Shown piece after piece: positions 12,701 to 23,805 of a stretch of DNA of 64,000 bases. The stretch is taken from positions 289,750 through 353,749 of the forward strand of contig NW_018408785.1 in assembly GCF_002113885.1 (NCBI RefSeq). Reading direction: 5' to 3'. The notes beneath the pieces were generated by a model. That model was not told where the DNA came from. It saw nothing but the letters and a program-made list of their open reading frames with translations, and made no database searches. The stretch is from Mizuhopecten yessoensis (taxonomy: Eukaryota). Position 1 is the first letter of the stretch, and each line of letters starts with the position of its first letter. A program made the position numbers and the translations under genes.

Positions 12701-15700
12701 TATCTCCCTCATTGGAGGTTTCAGAGGTTGACTAACACCTATGTAACTGGCATGTTTTGATCATTATTAAATCTTAAGGAAGTTGTATAGATTAAAATTT
12801 AACGTTTTGAAAGCTAACAATGGCTGAATTAAATCAATCTGTGGTTGTTATGTGTTTGTGTGTCTAGGACCTGCACCTGTACTACTTCTTGAATCAGTAT
12901 CCTGGTCGTACTTTGGTGTTTGCCAACAGTAAGGACTGTATCAGGCGCCTTGTGTCTGTGTTAACCCTCCTAAACGTCAACCCTCTTCCACTTCATGCAG
13001 ACATGCACCAGAAACAGAGGCTTAAAAACCTCGAGAAATTCACAGGTTAGTGTTATCTTAATGACAGAATTTTTCTGAAGTTGATTTAAGAGTTTTGATT
13101 TTAGATATTCTTCGTATGAAACAAATTTCTCTGAAGTTGATTTCAGAGTTTTGATTCTAGAAATTCTTCGTATGAAACATTTCACCTAGCAGAATATCTG
13201 ATTATTAATGTTTCAGTAACTGGAAAAGATACTCCTGAAATATCATTAGCTATGAAATAACAACAGCTATGTCACCAACGTTTAATTGTCCAGTTAAACC
13301 CCTTTACAGCAGTGACATTGGAAATGAAAGTTTCAGGTTATTATAAGGGCATAAATTCTTCAGACTTAATTTGATTTCTATTACTGGAGTAGTAAACCAT
13401 TATTAAGAGACATTGAACCTTATGTCAAAGATCACATAAGAAAACCTTGTCAGCTATTATGTTAAGAGTTTTATGTTTTATTTTTCAGACAACCCCAGGG
13501 GTCTTTTATTGGCATCTGATGTTGCAGCGCGAGGTTTGGACATACCTAATGTCCAGCATGTTGTCCACTACCAGGTCCCACACACCGTTGAGGTCAGTCT
13601 CTTGGTGTTATTTCCAGAAATCTAGACAATATGTATTAATTGAAGAAATAATCAAATCTTGATAAAGATTGCCTAAATACCTACCACTCAGTTCCCTAAT
13701 TTGAGGCTGATGCTTGTCTAGATTCATTCAACTTTAATGAGGCTGCTGTGACCGATTGGCTGAAGGTTTATGGATAATATCTCTGGAAGTAATTATCAGA
13801 TTTCAATGAAATTTGTCTAGTATACTTTCTACACATGTAACTGGCTCATACTTGATGTTCAGCTAAATTCATAAAATATTTGGTGCCGCTGCTGTGATTT
13901 GATTGTCTGATGGTTTCGAGATGATATGTTTTGGGGGAATTACCAGATTTTATTAAATTTGCTAACATCCAAATGTCCTCACTCAAATCAGATGCTTGGT
14001 TGAATTAGAATAAATTCATTCAAAGAATTATCAGATTCTCTTCAAACATGCCCATTACATGTACCTTACACTTACAACCTTAGTCCAAGTGTGATTCCTG
14101 CCCAGATTTGTGAATAGCCAAACACACTTAATTTGCTGATGGTTTTTGAAAGTATCTATGACAGAATTATTGGACTTAGATGAGACTTGTCTGGTATACT
14201 TAAAACCCAAGTCTTTTAAAACTAATGTTCCGTCATTGCTTATTGCAGAGTTATCTTCTCTTGGGAGCAGGTATTGATTGGTAGGTCATTGGTTTGTGTG
14301 GGGATATTACGTCGGTTTCTCAAAAATTGACGACGTTACTCTCACAAACAAGGGACGTAACAATCAATCCCTGCTCCCAAGAGAAGATAACTCTGCAATA
14401 CGCAAAGACGGAATAATGAACTGACAATAACACAACAGCAAATATGTTCCATTTTATTCCATCATTTGTAAATTTGAATTTTTACTTGTTAAGAACTGAC
14501 ATGATTCGTTTTGTTTTGTTTTTTAGAGGGTTTTGTTTTGCCTATAACTGACAAAATATTTTTTTCCGTTGTTTGTCCAGAACTATATCCACCGCAGTGG
14601 GAGGACGGCCCGAGCCACCAAGGAGGGACTCAGTATCATGTTAGTAGGTCAGGGGGACGTCAAAAACTACCGCAAGGTCGTCGGCTCTCTCAACAGAAGT
14701 AAGTAAAGGTTACTCTTGTAAATATCAAATATCAATTTTCTGTCAACAGAAGTATTTTTAGCTCACTACAATGTTTCAATAACTAAGTTCATTTACAAAG
14801 ATAGACAATGATGACTCCTGTAAATATCTCATTATCAGACCTTATAAGATTTCTAGGACAGAAAACATTAAGTCATAGAAGAAAAGTCAGTACTGTAGTC
14901 AGCACTACAGAATTATATATGTTTCAGGCGAGGAGCTACCAGTGTTCCCAGTCAACCATCAGATCCTTACAGTCATCAAAGAGCGGGTCGATTTGGCCAA
15001 ACAGCTGGACAAGCTAGAACACAGGTAAGTAGGGTGGTCAAACTTGAACACAGGTAAGTAGGGTGGTCAAGCTAGAACACAGGTAAGTAGTGTGGTCAAG
15101 CTTGAACACAGGTAAGTAGGGGGGTCAAGCTAGAACACAGGTAAGTAGGGTGGACAAGCTAGAACACAGGTAAGTAGGGTGGTCAAGCTTGAACACAGGT
15201 AATTTAATTAGAGGGGTCAAAGTCTAATCACAGATACCTACTGAGATAAGGTCGACAACAACATTTTTGCAGTTAGATACAACCAATGTATTAACAAGAT
15301 AATGATTACCAGGTTTTTCAACTTTACTATCCCAAAATTAACAAACCATCAACAGATGCAGGTTGTTTTACTTTTGAAGATGGAATAATTCAAAGACTGG
15401 TTATTAATTCCATACTGGAATGTAATTATCTCCCTTATACCGATCCACTGTGGAATTTTAGGAAGTGACTTAATGTGCATATATTTAGAAAATGAAAGTG
15501 TATTTGATTTCATAGTAAGGCTTAATTTGTAATTACATGGTACTCTCAGTTCCACTTGATTAAGTCTCCTCTTTATATTTTTTATATTTATAAAGTTAAT
15601 AGATCAAAACTTTCTGAATCTTCTATTCAATTCAACTATTTTCTTCATACTGCTTTACAATGAGATATCAAATAAAAAGGAAAGATGACAGACACAATTT

Positions 15701-18700
15701 TACACATAATTTCTACTCTGTTGTAAATAATTACAAAACGGTACAGTGCTGTGTTTAAGAATCTGTATTTCATATTGTAGTGTGTCCAAACAGAAGCGAC
15801 AGAACAGCTGGTTTGAGAAGGCGTCCAAGGAGGTGGACATAGACCTGGATGAGACTCTGTATCCTTGTGTTACTATGGTTACACTGTTAGTGTAACTGAG
15901 GGACAAATGTGGATGTTTTTATGCACTCTACATATTATAAACGTACTCTTGGCATTACATATCCTAAAGAGATACATTTTTCATGCATAACAAGATGTAG
16001 TTTTCACACACTAGACATTACAAGAGGGCTTTCAAGTCAAATAACTCCTTAAATTTGGAGGGTTAGAACACATGTAAAAAATACTGGGTCTTTCAAATCC
16101 AAGAGTAAAACTTGATGGATTTTTTTATTTAGGGGTGGGGGGGGTGGGGTCAAAAATATGTTCGCAAGGATCAATTGAAAGCCCTGTCAGAAATACTACA
16201 ACAATATCTTTTACTAACAAGACATTACAGATCTTATAAAGATGTCTTTTACAAACATTACAAATACTACAAAGAGATGTTGACACAGTCTGGAATGATG
16301 TAGGTTACTTTCTCTATGTTAAGTCCTGTGTCACTTGCACTAGTACAAGGATGTATGCTTACCACTGGAACAGAATTAAAAAGGAACAGAATTAAAAAAT
16401 AACCTTGACCTTTGATCAGACTGAATGACCTTGGGGACTCACACTACCAGTCCACACAGAAGCAGCAAATTAAGTTCCTGAATGCAGAACTCAAGGCTCT
16501 GCTGAAGACATCAGTCATTCCGAAAAACTTTTCTGGGAAGTACCCAACAAGGACAGGACGCCTAGTGATACCCCACACCCAAGGTATGTACAGTAGATAC
16601 CGCACACCCAAGGTATGTACAGTATATAAGGCCTAGTGATACCCCACACACAAGGTATGTACAGTATATAAGGCCTAGTGTTACCCCACACCCAAGGTAT
16701 GTACAGTATATAAGGCCTAGTGATAACCCACACACAAGGTATGTACAGTATATAAGGCCTAGTGATACCCCACACCAAGGTATGTACAGTATATAAGGTC
16801 CAGGGATACCCCACACCTCAGGTATGTGCAGTATATAAGGCCTAGTGATACACCACACCCCAGGTATGTACAGTATATAAGGCCTAGTGATAACCCACAC
16901 ACAAGGTATGTACAGTATATAAGGCCTAGTGATACCCCACACCAAGGTATGTGCAGTATATAAGGCCAAGTGATACACCACACCCCAGGTATGTACAGTA
17001 TATAAGGCCCAGGGATACCCCACACCTCAGGTATGTGCAGTATATAAGGCCTAGTGATACCCCACACCCAAGGTATGTACAATATATAAGGCCTAGTGAT
17101 ACCCCACATCCAAGGTATGTACAGTATATAAGACCTAGTGATGTCACACACCCAAGGTATGTACCAGTGATGTCCAACACCCGAGGTATGTACAATATAT
17201 AAGGCCTAGCGATACCCCACACCCAAGGTATGTACAGTATATAAGGCTTAGTGATACCCCACACCCAAGGTATAGACAGTATATAAGGCCTAGTGATACC
17301 CCACACCCCAGGTGTGTACAGTATATAAGGCCTAGTGATACCCCACACCCAAGGTATGTACAGCATTTATGGCCTAGTTATGTACACTATATAAGACCTA
17401 GTGATACCCCACAACCAAGGTATGTACAGTATATAAGGCCTAGTGATTCCCCACCCCCAAGGTATGTACAGTATTTATGGCCTAGTTATGTACACTATAT
17501 AAGACCTAGTGACACCCCAAAACCAAGGTTTGTACAGTATTTAGGGTCTAGTTATGTACAGTATATAAGACCTAGTGATACCCCACCCCCAAGGTATGTA
17601 CAGTATATAAGACCTAGTGATCCCCCACACCCAAGGTATGTACAGTATTTATGGCCTTGTTATGTACAGTATATAAGGCCTAGTGATACCACACACCCAA
17701 GATATGTACAGTAGATACCCCACACCCAAGGTACGTACAGTATATAAGGCCTAGTGATAACCCACACCCCAGGTATGTACAGTATATAAGGCCTAGTGAT
17801 ACCCCACACCCAAGGTATGTACAGTATTTATGGCCTAGTTATGTACACTATATAAGACCTAGTGATACCCCAAAACCAAGGTTTGTACAGTATTTAGGGC
17901 CTAGTTATGTACAGTATATAAGACCTAGTGATACCCCACACCCAAGATATGTACAGTAGATACCCCACACCCAAGGTATGTACAGTATATAAGGCCTAGT
18001 GATAACCCACACCCCAGGTATGTACAGTATATACGGCCTAGTGATACCCCACACCCAAGACATGTACAGTATATAAGGCTTAGTGATAGCCCACACCCAA
18101 GGTATGTACAGTATATAAGGCCTAGTGATACCACACACACATGGTATGTACAGTATATAAGACCTAGTGATACCCCACACCCAAGGTATGTACAGTATTT
18201 ATGGCCTAGTTATGTACAGTATATAAGACCTAGTGATACCCCACAACCAAGGTATGTACAGTATTTAAGGCCTAGTTATGTACAGTATATAAGACCTAGT
18301 GATACCCCACACCCAAGGTATGTACAGCATATTAGGATCAATTTATTTGTTATTTGGATAATTTGACTGTAGAAATAGTTAATAAACATAACATTTTGCA
18401 TTTTCTTAATATGTTTATAATATTTCATTAAATCTATTTTAAGGTCCAGTAAATCTGTTAGTTACAATTAAGGGTGTAGTTTTGAGCCCAATCCGATTAA
18501 AATCATCTGTTACATTGCTTCTTTAACCTTTTACTTCCCTCAACATGTTCAGGCAATCTGATTAAAATCATATGTTACATGGCTTCGTTAACCTCGTACT
18601 ACGCCTGGACGATGTTCAGGCGGAGACATGTAACAGATGATTTTAATCAGATTGCATGTTCGGGTGAAGTAGGATGTAAGTAAAGTCATCAAATAGATGA

Positions 18701-18966
18701 TTGTAATCAGATTGTTTTTAGCCAGACTACATAGGATGTTATAAATGGATTACATTGTAAAAGATAATTTTCTTGGTTCTGAAAAGTTACACTCATATTT
18801 GTCAATATGATTTTTTACAGCTTTGACAAAAGATGCAATTGAGAATGTGAAAAATGACCGAAAGAGTCAACAGAAAATGATGGACAAAATACGAGTGGCC
18901 GCACTGACTGCTAAACCTGGGCCCGAGAAAAAGAAGAAAAAATGGAAAAAGAAATGGGGAAAATAA
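657..18966 (+). CDS. DDX24: ATP-dependent DEAD-box RNA helicase DDX24/MAK5, 15 coding exons, 5'-incomplete
   Basis: Phase-consistent manual splicing: 657-767, 1319-1467, 4329-4697, 8028-8231, 8649-8759, 11002-11120, 11572-11693, 11944-12062, 12868-13045, 13489-13592, 14581-14698, 14928-15024, 15781-15858, 16420-16583, 18821-18966. Motifs: Q (GFAVPTPIQ), [39 protein letters not shown]. The acidic insert between motifs I and Ia and the FSGKYPT tail fit DDX24. Confidence 0.95.
1319..1467 (+). CDS. DDX24: DDX24 exon (Q motif)
   Basis: [50 protein letters not shown]|gtaagt. Confidence 0.95.
1457..3692 (+). repeat. 46-bp minisatellite containing exon end + donor; partly inverted after ~2722
   Basis: Unit CTGCTGAAACT|GTAAGTGTGTAGACATGGTACATAATAATGTGTAA. 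Confidence 0.95.
4329..4697 (+). CDS. DDX24: DDX24 exon (motif I + acidic insert)
   Basis: ttctag|[15 protein letters not shown]..., D/E-rich tract, ...ELVE|gtaagt. Confidence 0.92.
4783..7738 (+). repeat. 21-bp intronic minisatellite (~3 kb)
   Basis: Unit GATCAGTACCAGAGGAGTACA; source of the spurious long ORFs here. Confidence 0.97.
8028..8231 (+). CDS. DDX24: DDX24 exon (motif Ia)
   Basis: GDGFGCVKV...[19 protein letters not shown]...DIK|gtcagt. Confidence 0.95.
8649..8759 (+). CDS. DDX24: DDX24 exon (GG, TPGRL)
   Basis: [37 protein letters not shown]|gtaaga. Confidence 0.95.
8744..10750 (+). repeat. 32-bp minisatellite containing exon end + donor (spans gap)
   Basis: Unit GGAGCATGTACAACAG|GTAAGATCACAGTAAA. 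Confidence 0.95.
11002..11120 (+). CDS. DDX24: DDX24 exon (DEAD box)
   Basis: [39 protein letters not shown]|gtatgt. Confidence 0.95.
11095..11238 (+). repeat. 39/33-bp tandem repeat of exon end + donor (4 donors)
   Basis: ACTCACATCCTCAACCACATCAACAG|GTATGT...; GT at 11121, 11160, 11193, 11232. Confidence 0.95.
11572..11693 (+). CDS. DDX24: DDX24 exon (SAT motif)
   Basis: [21 protein letters not shown]...LKL|gttagt. Confidence 0.93.
11944..12062 (+). CDS. DDX24: DDX24 exon
   Basis: [39 protein letters not shown]|gtcagt. Confidence 0.93.
12868..13045 (+). CDS. DDX24: DDX24 exon (motif IV)
   Basis: [21 protein letters not shown]...[18 protein letters not shown]|gttagt. Confidence 0.95.
13489..13592 (+). 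CDS. DDX24: DDX24 exon (motif V)
   Basis: [34 protein letters not shown]|gtcagt. Confidence 0.95.
14228..14413. mobile_element. MITE-like element with ~50-bp terminal inverted repeats
   Basis: TTCCGTCATTGCTTATTGCAGAGTTATCTTCTCTTGGGAGCAGG...CCTGCTCCCAAGAGAAGATAACTCTGCAATACGCAAAGACGGAA; TAATG on both flanks. Confidence 0.8.
14581..14698 (+). CDS. DDX24: DDX24 exon (motif VI)
   Basis: [22 protein letters not shown]...LNR|gtaagt. Confidence 0.95.
14928..15024 (+). CDS. DDX24: DDX24 exon
   Basis: [31 protein letters not shown]|gtaagt. Confidence 0.93.
15010..15202 (+). repeat. 29-bp tandem repeat of exon end + donor (7 donors)
   Basis: Unit CAAGCTAGAACACAG|GTAAGTAGGGTGGT; GT at 15025, 15054, 15083, 15112, 15141, 15170, 15199. 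Confidence 0.96.
15781..15858 (+). CDS. DDX24: DDX24 exon
   Basis: [25 protein letters not shown]|gtatcctt. Confidence 0.9.
15859..16419 (+). other. U12-type (minor spliceosome) GT-AG intron
   Basis: Donor GTATCCTT; branch point CCTTGAC at 16403-16409 with the A 11 nt from the 3' end; no real polypyrimidine tract; phase 2 matches both flanking exons. Confidence 0.88.
16420..16583 (+). CDS. DDX24: DDX24 exon
   Basis: [10 protein letters not shown]...[20 protein letters not shown]|gtatgt. Confidence 0.92.
16560..18330 (+). repeat. 42-bp minisatellite containing exon end + donor
   Basis: Unit GGCCTAGTGATACCCCACACCCAAG|GTATGTACAGTATATAA, with shorter and longer variants. Confidence 0.95.
18489..18715. 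mobile_element. Nested pair of short inverted-repeat (MITE-like) elements
   Basis: CAATC(C/T)GATTAAAATCAT at 18490 and 18554; reverse complements ending ~18655 and ~18714. Confidence 0.6.
18821..18966 (+). CDS. DDX24: DDX24 terminal coding exon
   Basis: ttttttacag|LTKDAIENV...[12 protein letters not shown]; AATAAA overlaps the stop, ATTAAA at 19081. Confidence 0.85.
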
Positions 18967-20499
18967 ACTCTGTTATAAAATGTAGATTTTCTGTTTTCTG
19001 TGTCCTGTTTTGTATAAAATGTCGGAACTGATATTATGAGTTGTTTAGCACAAAGCATTCATTACAAATGTTTTAAAACTATTAAATGATTTGGGGCGTA
19101 CGGACAATTAGACAGATTGTATGTAACTATTTTGAGTGAAGTGTTTACCATTCAAATAAGGAAAATGTTGAGTGAAACAGGGAATACAATTAATAGGTGG
19201 TCAATCATAAAAACAAAACAACTGCGTTAGTGACACTGCAATATTTGTTGAGATTGTACAATATCATTTTCACCCACGATATTGTTGAAACGTCTTGTCA
19301 CATAATTCTTTTATCAATTTAAGTTCAGGATATGAGCTTGTAGCTGTTCAAAATGGGAGAAAAACTATCACATGTATCTTTTTAATCTTTAATCTACAAT
19401 AAGTGAAAAATGTAAAGATAGAACCGATCAATTAGTTATCTGTTTAAACTACAGCGATATCTGTGTTAATTACAGTGATGCACACTTTGAAAATAATATA
19501 CCACGGATTCAATCGATAAATTGTATTTCCCACGCCACATAACATTTTGTACCAGACCCATGTATTTTTGTACCGCTTCCGACCCTAATAGATAGTGAAC
19601 CGCCCCATTACATGGTAATAACAACAAATAGCAAGGCACCATCAATGCATGACAGTCAAAGGACTCTACTATGTTTCAATAAAAATACAAGTGTCTCGCT
19701 TGTGAACAACATCAGAAAACGCCCAGTTTCTATATAGGTATATGTGAATATCTTCAGTAAAGTCCATTTTCGTCATGACCATGTGACGTTCTTTTTATAG
19801 GAATGATAACATCGTCCATCGTCTTCTACATCAATTCACAGGGAACTTTCAAATAATCTGCAGTTATTAATACCCGGCAGCAGATCCTCCACGTACCTGT
19901 ATTCAATTGGTCTGTTTCAAGGAAATATGAAATAGAAAGTAGGCATTCTCGGAAGAAAAAAATTAACAGATCTGGCGATAAATTTAACGACATCACAAGT
20001 CCAATGGTCGCGTGTTAATCTGTAAATAATTTGTGACATAATGAACACCGACTAGGCCTAACGAAGTGTTGTTTTACACAAAAACAAAAGATCCCGAAAT
20101 ACTGAGGGTCCACTTACACCGATGGCTAAGTATAACAAGTTCTAATTGTAACAGAAACCGTCAGATAATATATGTGTATTTAATATACTAAACTAAACTT
20201 GCGATAACGTCTGTGTAGGCCCCGGCAATTAGACACAGGTTATTTTAGATGCGTTATCATAATCGGACAAAACAGGCCATAGGTATTGCGGCATAATCTC
20301 GGGTTAGACCGTCAAAGGATTTCCTCGCCGGGTGGAGACTTCTCTGTCTTATTGTTCTTATCCTAGGGAAAAAAACGGGACGACCCCCCGTCATAACAAT
20401 TATATGACGTCACGTCATCATAGTAGCCATTTTCGTCATTTTGCTTTTGCATGTTTTAGTCTTATCAAAATTCTTTATTTCGTTTATCTCCTGGAATGC

Positions 20500-23400
20500 T
20501 TTCGCGGGCGACAAAGCTACGAGGTTGGAAAACTACCGAGAAATTTGAATAACCTTGACTTGGTTTGGGTAGAGAGCGTTATTCCCTCCGTAACTCCGGT
20601 TGTTACCGTCAGTAGACATAGGAAACTATCAGGACTTAGTTGATGCTTTAACTGGGGAGGCTCTCTCTTTAGGTAACTGTTCTCTGGTTACTATAAAACA
20701 GAACAATCTTTTAACATCAGTGATTAAAATGAATTGGGCCGCATGCCGTAAAAGAATATTGAATGTTTGCTTTTTAGGGAACACTGTTTCTGAAACTAGT
20801 CCCTCCTATCAGTCATTTTATTTTGTTTTACAAACAAACATTAAGCTCGATCATATTCATATAAATATGTGATGCATTCACTATGGAAAGTGAAGATGGC
20901 GCCAGGAATCGAACATCTAATAACCAGCGAATCGGAATCTGGACACCTTTCGTTTAGTGTTAGTCCCAAGTTTTCTTTCATCCTTACGTTCCAACTTACA
21001 AGTAATTTAAAATGATAGAGACAGATTCAGGTCAGCCGTATAGAGGAAACAAATGGACGATGTGCAAGGTCGAAAATTCAACAGCTTACTGCGGACAAGA
21101 GTGAATAAATAAGATTCACGGATTTGTTTTCGTTTTAACGCCTTGTGTTATGATGATACTTTACCGAATTACTCTGACAAGGATTTGTGACAGGCTCACA
21201 TATTTATCTAAAATACAATTTACATTATAGGCATCCGGATAAGAATTCAAATTAGTATTTCTAGCAAGTATATCCTCCTGGAATGCTCCCAACCTTTCTT
21301 AGGCTATATTTGGACTTTCTTGTGCAGGGTCTTGAGCTACAATGCTTAGAGCTCATGTTGTTTTACTGTTTCAGTGAGGATACCGCTGTCTGTCGTTGCT
21401 GTCACATGTGGATCCTCTACTCTTCGTTGACTTCTGGTTATGTAGCCGTCCTCTGTCATCCTTTTCTGATAATCTACATCACTTTCGTAGAATAATAGAA
21501 GTTGTCGGCTGTCAATGCTGTTGATTCTTCATCAACCCCATTTTGTTCGTTGACGTCTAGCTTATAGTTCTCGAGGTTTGCTGTAACTTTGATGGATTTT
21601 TTTGAATTTTTTTTTTTTTGAGTTGTGGCGTGGTTCCTTCTTTAAAAAGTTTACTCATTATTAATTTGAAATTAACCAGTACTCCGCTAATTTTTTAAAT
21701 TCATGTTATTCAGGTGCTTATGTACCCCTTCTTCTGTTTTGTAACAGCTAAGGAATATGAGTGTTAAATACAAGCTAGCTTTTCAAGTGATGCGGTATAA
21801 CCCGGGGACCCGCTCAATAGTTCAGCAATGTCGAGCGTGGTCAGTAGTTGGATGGGTGACCGCCCGCACGTTACAATTGGTGGCAGCGGTGGGATTCAAA
21901 CCCTAGCCTCAGAGAGACTGGTATCCGCCTTTTTGACCCATACCATCACCGATGAGTTCTAGAAGGATTAAAAAGCTATAGGGTGCAGTGCAATTCATTT
22001 TTGGCATGCTGTAATCTATCTATTACCAAATTTATAGGAGCAATCACGTTTGGTGTATTACGTTTATCTTTCAGAATACAAGGTACTAGATATGCGGATG
22101 GATTTCATAGTCCCCGGGCTTAAGGTTTACCGTAACTTTGTTGGCCAAATTGATCTCTTTCGAGTAATGGTACGGTTCATATTATGGACACTGTACTCAT
22201 TATTGATTCGAAATTTGCCAGAAATGCTCGGTTTGTTTTTTAATTCATATAATTAAGATGGTTACGCACTTTCCCTTTTGTTTCAACAGTAGATTAGACC
22301 AGTTTGGATTGCCATTTTTTGGCCCCTAGCATGACCAATAAGTCCTAGAAGCATGAAAGAGCTGTATACTGCAGTGTTACCAACGTTTTCAGGTGCAATC
22401 ACGGATGTGCCTTATGTTCATCTTTTAAGAGTCTCTGGTATCGACGCCTAGTGTTCCTCCAGTACAGATTCGTCTTTTGGTCAGATTGATGACGTGGTAT
22501 CATGTCGGATATATCAGGAATAACTGCTTATATTTGCCATCGTATGGCATTGCAACTATATAACCCTACACAATTCAGTTGGCATTCAAGTTGGCTATGA
22601 ATGCCATGGATCGATTGTTGACGTCATCATTATAATGACGTCATAATTGTTACGTTGGATACCACTGACCCTCCCTGGGCGAAGGCTGTTCTATTAATTG
22701 AACAAGCATACACGATAAATACATAATTTTTACTAAATGTTGAATAATAGTAAATGTTATTGATGAACAGATTCCAAATCGGTAAATATAAGTATTGAAC
22801 TGCTTTCAGTTGGCATTCAAAGGAAAAATGGACTCCAACTGGACAAAGGCAAATCCAACATGAAGCGCGCTAAGATTCGTCTTTTGGTCAGATTGTCAAC
22901 GTGGTATCATGTCGGATATATCAGGAATAACTGCTTGTAAATAACAACCAATATTCATGACATTAAGTAATATCCGGGGAAATGTATACCATTGTTTGTT
23001 AGGAAAAAACCACCCGGTGTTGTGGTTTTTTTATTTTTATTTTTTTTATCAAATAGTGATATATATTTTACAAACCATTCCCTCTATTTTCAGTTTATTG
23101 TTGACAGTTTAAGTTTGTTAAATATTAGGAATTATCCAGGGATAAATCCTTAACAGACTTGAATACAAAATATCGATGTGTAACGAACCGTCACAGTGCA
23201 GTATTTGTTAGGATAGTGCAATATCCTCTTTAAACAACCTTTGTTTTGAAACAACGTAATTGTCGATTTGTAATTTTTTTGCATCAATTTATTTCTTGTG
23301 TAATAAGTTATCCAGTAACTCTCCAATAAATGAGACAAATCAATTTATTTGTCAAGTCTACAATGACACAGAAAAAAACAGCCGAAGAAATTGTTCGAAA

Positions 23401-23805
23401 GAAACGATTACGATTACTTGTACTAGAAAATACGTCATTCTGTACCGTTTCTGACCGCCAGTAAACATTGTTTCGCTCCTTCCCAAGGCAGGATGTTACT
23501 TGCTCATAATATGAGGAAGTAACATCCTGCCTAATTATGACCATGGCTGTTGCGGGAACGTTAAACCTATGCTTGTCCGTTGTAACATGACACTTTACAA
23601 ATAGCAATTAACGATCTATATACGGCAATGAGTCAATGTACTCGGTTTGAATGTATTTTTACATTTGACTGTCATACGCCAATACTATATACATTGAAAA
23701 TCTTGCATATCTATTTTGTGGAAAAGCTTAAGACATAATGTTAGCAATGATCAAATCCAGAACACGTGCAATCTCCATGCTTGTCTGTCTATCTGTCCCT
23801 TGTAG
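20500..23805 (-). pseudogene. Decayed paralog B1 of the secreted-precursor gene
   Basis: Signal-exon relic MEIARVLDLIIANIM then stop (~23700-23778); relic YKLDVNEQNGVDEES exon (~21270-21740) whose acceptor is disrupted by an insertion. Confidence 0.6.
21740..21921 (+). mobile_element. Truncated TRIM-like element: 136-bp LTR with 5S rRNA-derived segment plus tRNA-Leu PBS
   Basis: TGTAAC...GTTACA termini (21740-21875); 5S-like 21819-21864; TGGTGGCAGCGGTGGGATT from 21878; absent from the other three units. Confidence 0.8.

Noticed and set aside
14743-14754. 12-nt copy (TCAACAGAAGTA) of the 14698 exon/donor junction
   Set aside because: Single short match; it could be a sixth, decayed case but chance cannot be excluded.
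1457-18330. CRISPR-like appearance of the 29-46 bp repeats
   Set aside because: Head-to-tail units with no unique spacers, no cas genes, and a eukaryotic context.
1457-18330. GTAC motif shared by several satellites
   Set aside because: A 4-mer, absent from the 29-bp array; not distinguishable from chance without statistics.
21819-21921. Functional 5S rRNA or tRNA-Leu gene
   Set aside because: Only partial, diverged segments on opposite strands; better explained as LTR plus PBS.
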